Assembly: GCA_009602735.1 (NCBI GenBank)
Contig: WELA01001451.1
Location: forward strand, 24,080-80,353
Source: Mesotaenium endlicherianum
Lineage: Eukaryota
Length of the DNA: 56,274 nucleotides
Direction: 5' to 3'
Position numbers and translations under genes: made by a program. This document shows positions 52,801 through 56,274 of this stretch, piece after piece. Position 1 is the stretch's first letter. Each line of letters starts with the position of its first letter. Below the pieces are notes generated by a model. That model searched no databases and was not told the origin of the DNA. It was given only the letters and a program-made list of their open reading frames with translations.

Positions 52801-55795
52801 TGGATGCAGTGTATGTCCGCACAATATACACATCACAGTCCAGAAGTGCGCACAAGAAGCCGTCATAACTAAAAAGCGAGAACGCCGCCCGCGCCGTCAC
52901 TCAGAGTGCGCACTGACTAAGAGCCAAAGGCACTAGAGCTATGCCGGCAGCAGAGCCTTGGCCCTCGGTCTAGCCCCAATGGCTGTGGGATAGAGAGGGG
53001 GGGGGGCTGCACCTCAGCGCGCGGCCTGCCTCCGTTGTACTTGAGCATGAGGTCCAGCAGGCGGTCCTGAGTCACTTTCAGCTTCACCTTCTGCTTCGGC
53101 GTGCGATCCCCACTGTAGAACCAACACGCACGCACGCATGCACGCACGCACAGGCACGCGCACGTGGCAGCGAGCGCACGTCAGCTTCTGAGGTCAGCAT
53201 GACACCATCAGTAGGAGGAGAGCACACAGCACCACAAACCAAGACCCTCCTCCTCCCTCCCTCCCTCCATCCATCCACCCCACCCTCCGTCCCTCCATCC
53301 CATGATCCGTCCCTCCGTCCCACCCACGGTCCCACCCTCCTTCCCCGTCAGTCTGCAGGGTGTGCGCATGGGCATTCAAAGCTAATGTCTAAATGAAGGG
53401 AAATCTCTGAGAGCTACAGCACAGCTCACAAGTACGCCGAGGTCAACTACTGCAGCTCCGCACCCACAACAAGCTAAACTGTCCAGCCCTCGATAACTCG
53501 CTGTTTCGGACGACGGCCGTGGTCCGAGTTCAAGTCCAGCAGCCCGCACGCATGCCGGGCTCACGCAGCGCAGCAGCGCAGCGGCGCGCACTCACTGCCG
53601 GATGACAGCAACCCGCATGCATTATCGGGCTCAAGCAGCGCAGCAGCGCGCACTCACGGCCGGATGACGGCAATGATCAGAGCCTAAGTCCAGCTCGCAT
53701 GCATATTTAGGCTCAAGCAGCGCAGCAGCGCGCACTCACTGGCGGATGACGGCGATGACGCAGCGGAGCTCCTCGCGCTGCCCAAAGGTGCTGGTGGGGA
53801 CGCTGCTCTGGCGCGTGAAGTCGGGGGACGTCTCCCCGATGCTCCACGGCAGCTTGTTGGGGAGCGGGGAGTACAGGTGCGGGGCGACCGTGCTGATCAG
53901 CATGCCTCTCAGAACACACGCCGCGTCGTCGTAGTACCTGGGGGGGGGNNNNNNNNNNNNNNNNNNNNNNNNNNNNNNNNNNNNNNNNNNNNNNNNNNNA
54001 GGGGAAGGGGTTGGGGAGGGGGATGGAAAGGGGAAGGGGAAAAAGGGGAGGGGGGAGGAGTGCAAGCAGGCAAGCAGGAGCAATGCAACGATTCATGAAT
54101 CAGGGCCTTTGGGCTGATGCCTGTCGACCATCTTTTGGGTCGGGGCATGTGATATGAAATTTGGTTTCAAAAGGTGGCCAGGGGACATCCACATACGCTG
54201 GTGCCACCTGTGCCAGTGGGCGTGGAAAGGTACTACCGGAGTAAATTGGTCTAACTCGGTTTCTACCGGTGTAAAGTGGTGCGAACGGGACTAAGTTGGT
54301 GTTGAAAGCAAACTTGCACGAGGGAAGAACCGTCACAACACAGGAGACAAAGCCACGGTATACCAGCAGTAATCAACAATAATGCGAGGGAGGAGAACAT
54401 CAAATGATTCACCCCACAGGGCGGCTTTTTCCCAGCGCAAATGGAATGGGTGCAAGGGGCCCTCCATGTTCAAACCTTCAGCCGCCCCCGTTATACACCC
54501 AGCTTGGGCTGCTCCAACCCTACATGCAAATTCAAAGCTCACACAACCCGGGATTCGGGTCTTGTTCCCTGCCCCCGCAATATATGGGGGTCCCACACAC
54601 ACCTATGTACTGCCATTTCCTGCCCTGCAATGGCCTGGCTTTGATAAGTTCTATCTTATTTCCATTTAATATGTTTAAGCCAAGCAAGGGCTCCAAGCAG
54701 ACCATGGCCGCAGAATTGTGCCGCGGGGGAATTTCATGAAAGGAGGCACTTGGGGCTAGAATTAGGTGTAGGGTTTAAGAGGCAAAGCAATGTGGCCGAC
54801 CGGATATGAGCACCGCAGGTTGTTCAACCCAAAGAGCTTCACATGAGAGGAGATGGTGGATGGGGGATCGATTCCTGCTCACAGGGTGTTCAGGTTAGGG
54901 TTTCGGTTTTGGGTTCTCCGCAAATAGATAGGGCTGGTGCGCGCTGCGCGCTGCGCGCCTACAGCCGGAATAATTTGCGCTCGCCAGGCTGTCTGCAGGA
55001 GAGCTTGTACCCTCAGCCCCTCAAGGAAAAAAAGGGAAGACTTGAGACTATAATAGTGCTGCTGCTAGCGTCGCGAGTCTGCATGTCGATCCTTCTTTCT
55101 ATTCGCGCTTCGAACCGCTTCTTGCCATCCGTTTGCTCGCTTCTCCTCGAAAAGTGGTCGACATTCAGCTCCCGGTTCTTGGATCTCATTGCCAACAAAA
55201 TTTACAAGAACTGTTCTTTGCCAATTTTGGGAAAAGCAAAAAGAAACCAAACAATGCAGTGCTGCAAGAGTGTTCGAGATGCAAAAATCAATGAACCTAA
55301 TCCAACACAGCATATGATACACACCACGCCACACCACGCCACGCCATGCGATGCTTGTCAGGACAGCCGCAGAGCAACACGGGCAGTCTCAATCGGGAGG
55401 AGCGGAGGACCGCAGAGGCCCGCAGCGGGGTGGGGCCTTACTTGTGGGAGTTCTTAACGAAACTCCACCCGTTCACATCACACACAAAAGACTTGCCATT
55501 AGAGCGCAAGAGATCAAATCCACAGACCTGCTCAAGAAGGAGGGGACACAGGCCGGAGTGAGATACTCACCCCCCTCCCCACCTTAGCCCCCCTCTGTCC
55601 AGCGAGGGAGGAGGACAAGAAGTTCGTAAAAAGTTTCTGAGAGAGAGCGAGAGAGAGTGTTGAAGGGAGATAAAGGCCGCAGACGTGGCAGAGGGAGCGC
55701 CTAGCTTACTTGTCAGAGTTCTTAACAAAGCTCCACCCGTTCACATCAACGACATACGACTTGCCTTTCAAGCGCATGATATCAAACCCACAGAT
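38673..55795 (-). CDS. VIP1: Bifunctional diphosphoinositol-pentakisphosphate kinase / histidine acid phosphatase (PPIP5K/VIP1/VIH), 5' part beyond right edge. Exons: [55795-55710 OR 55527-55442], 53937-53740, 53112-53013, 52294-52224, 50898-50817, 50137-49949, 49342-49300, 48662-48571, 48321-48259, 47738-47664, 46501-46376, 45482-45232, 44683-44639, 44282-44216, 43240-43169, 42280-42003, [one exon missing near 41525], 40693-40523, 39686-39612, 39146-38673
   Basis: CGFDLLR...[22 protein letters not shown] (ATP-grasp kinase), [20 protein letters not shown] (RHxxRxP phosphatase motif), [56 protein letters not shown] and RIELMFSPG. Phases are consistent except at the gap. Confidence 0.95.
45890..46160. 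repeat. (AAGCAG)n and (AAG)n microsatellites in PPIP5K intron
   Basis: Direct reading. Confidence 0.9.
55442..55527 (-). CDS. PPIP5K alternative exon B ([29 protein letters not shown]), closest to the canonical plant sequence
   Basis: 86 nt, GAGCAG acceptor, GTAAGG donor. Joins 53937 in phase (AA|G TAC TAC). Confidence 0.9.
55710..55795 (-). CDS. PPIP5K alternative exon A ([29 protein letters not shown])
   Basis: 86 nt, GAGCAG acceptor, GTAAGC donor, open frame, paralogous to 55442-55527. Confidence 0.8.
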
Positions 55796-56274
55796 CTGCT
55801 CATCGTGGCACAGGCCGCCGAAGAGGCGGGAAAAATCCCCAAGTCAAAAACAAAAAAAAAAAACCAAAAAAAATTTCCACCAAGTGAGTAACCATATGCG
55901 CAGTAAATCACAATTCTCATCACCTGCAACTATAGAATCAGCGGAAGGCATTACAACAGCTGCCCAGCCATGGCTCAGCCGAGAGACAGTGAGCATTCAC
56001 ACGTGGAAACATGACGCGAGGAAGTAATGACATGAGAAAAGGGGCTGGAGGAGGAGAAACACAAAGCGGAGGTTAACGGTGGACAGAGAGAGAAGAAGAA
56101 GAAAAGATGGAGGGGAGGTTGACGATGGAGGGAAAGGGAGAAGACAAATAGAGGCAGCGATGGAGAAATTGAAGGAGATGAGAGGTAAAACTAAGTGCAA
56201 CATTCTCGACTCTCCACACTCTACGCAAAACTCGGGGGCTGGTGTGCAATGGGCGGGACCCGCCGGGCGCGGGG

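Noticed and set aside
16773..55795. Functional clustering of ISU1 with PPIP5K (fission yeast Asp1 binds an Fe-S cluster)
   Set aside because: The genes are about 20 kb apart with unrelated genes between them, and eukaryotic neighbourhood gives no support.
55885..55925. Possible third decayed copy of the PPIP5K kinase exon (CAG followed by ...TGTGATTTACTGCGC, DLLR-like)
   Set aside because: Similarity is too short, it is out of frame with the acceptor, and no DVNG follows.

Overview
Eukaryotic nuclear DNA: GC-rich, intron-rich and dense in microsatellites. The gene families and intron layout point to the green plant lineage, most plausibly a streptophyte alga (inference). Most long ORFs in the supplied track are low-complexity artefacts. 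Manual splice-site reading gives seven genes. (1) KNL1/Spc105 kinetochore scaffold (minus strand, runs off the left edge), with a SILK motif formed across an intron, RVSF, a 5.3-kb exon and a Spc7-type C-terminus. (2) Single-exon organellar mTERF. (3) ISU1/IscU. (4) BODYGUARD-like alpha/beta hydrolase. (5) DUF3339 small membrane protein. (6) Peroxisomal enoyl-CoA hydratase 2. (7) PPIP5K/VIP1/VIH inositol pyrophosphate kinase-phosphatase (minus strand, starts beyond the right edge). The strongest novel signal is a tandem pair of intact, diverged 86-nt exons in the PPIP5K gene, both encoding the catalytic GFD...DVNG segment, which looks like a mutually exclusive exon switch of the kinase active site. 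Other signals are repeated decayed copies of exon/intron junctions inside that gene and many purine-rich 3' splice sites whose introns have complementary ends. No prokaryotic-type system, CRISPR array, RNA gene or transposase was recognised.
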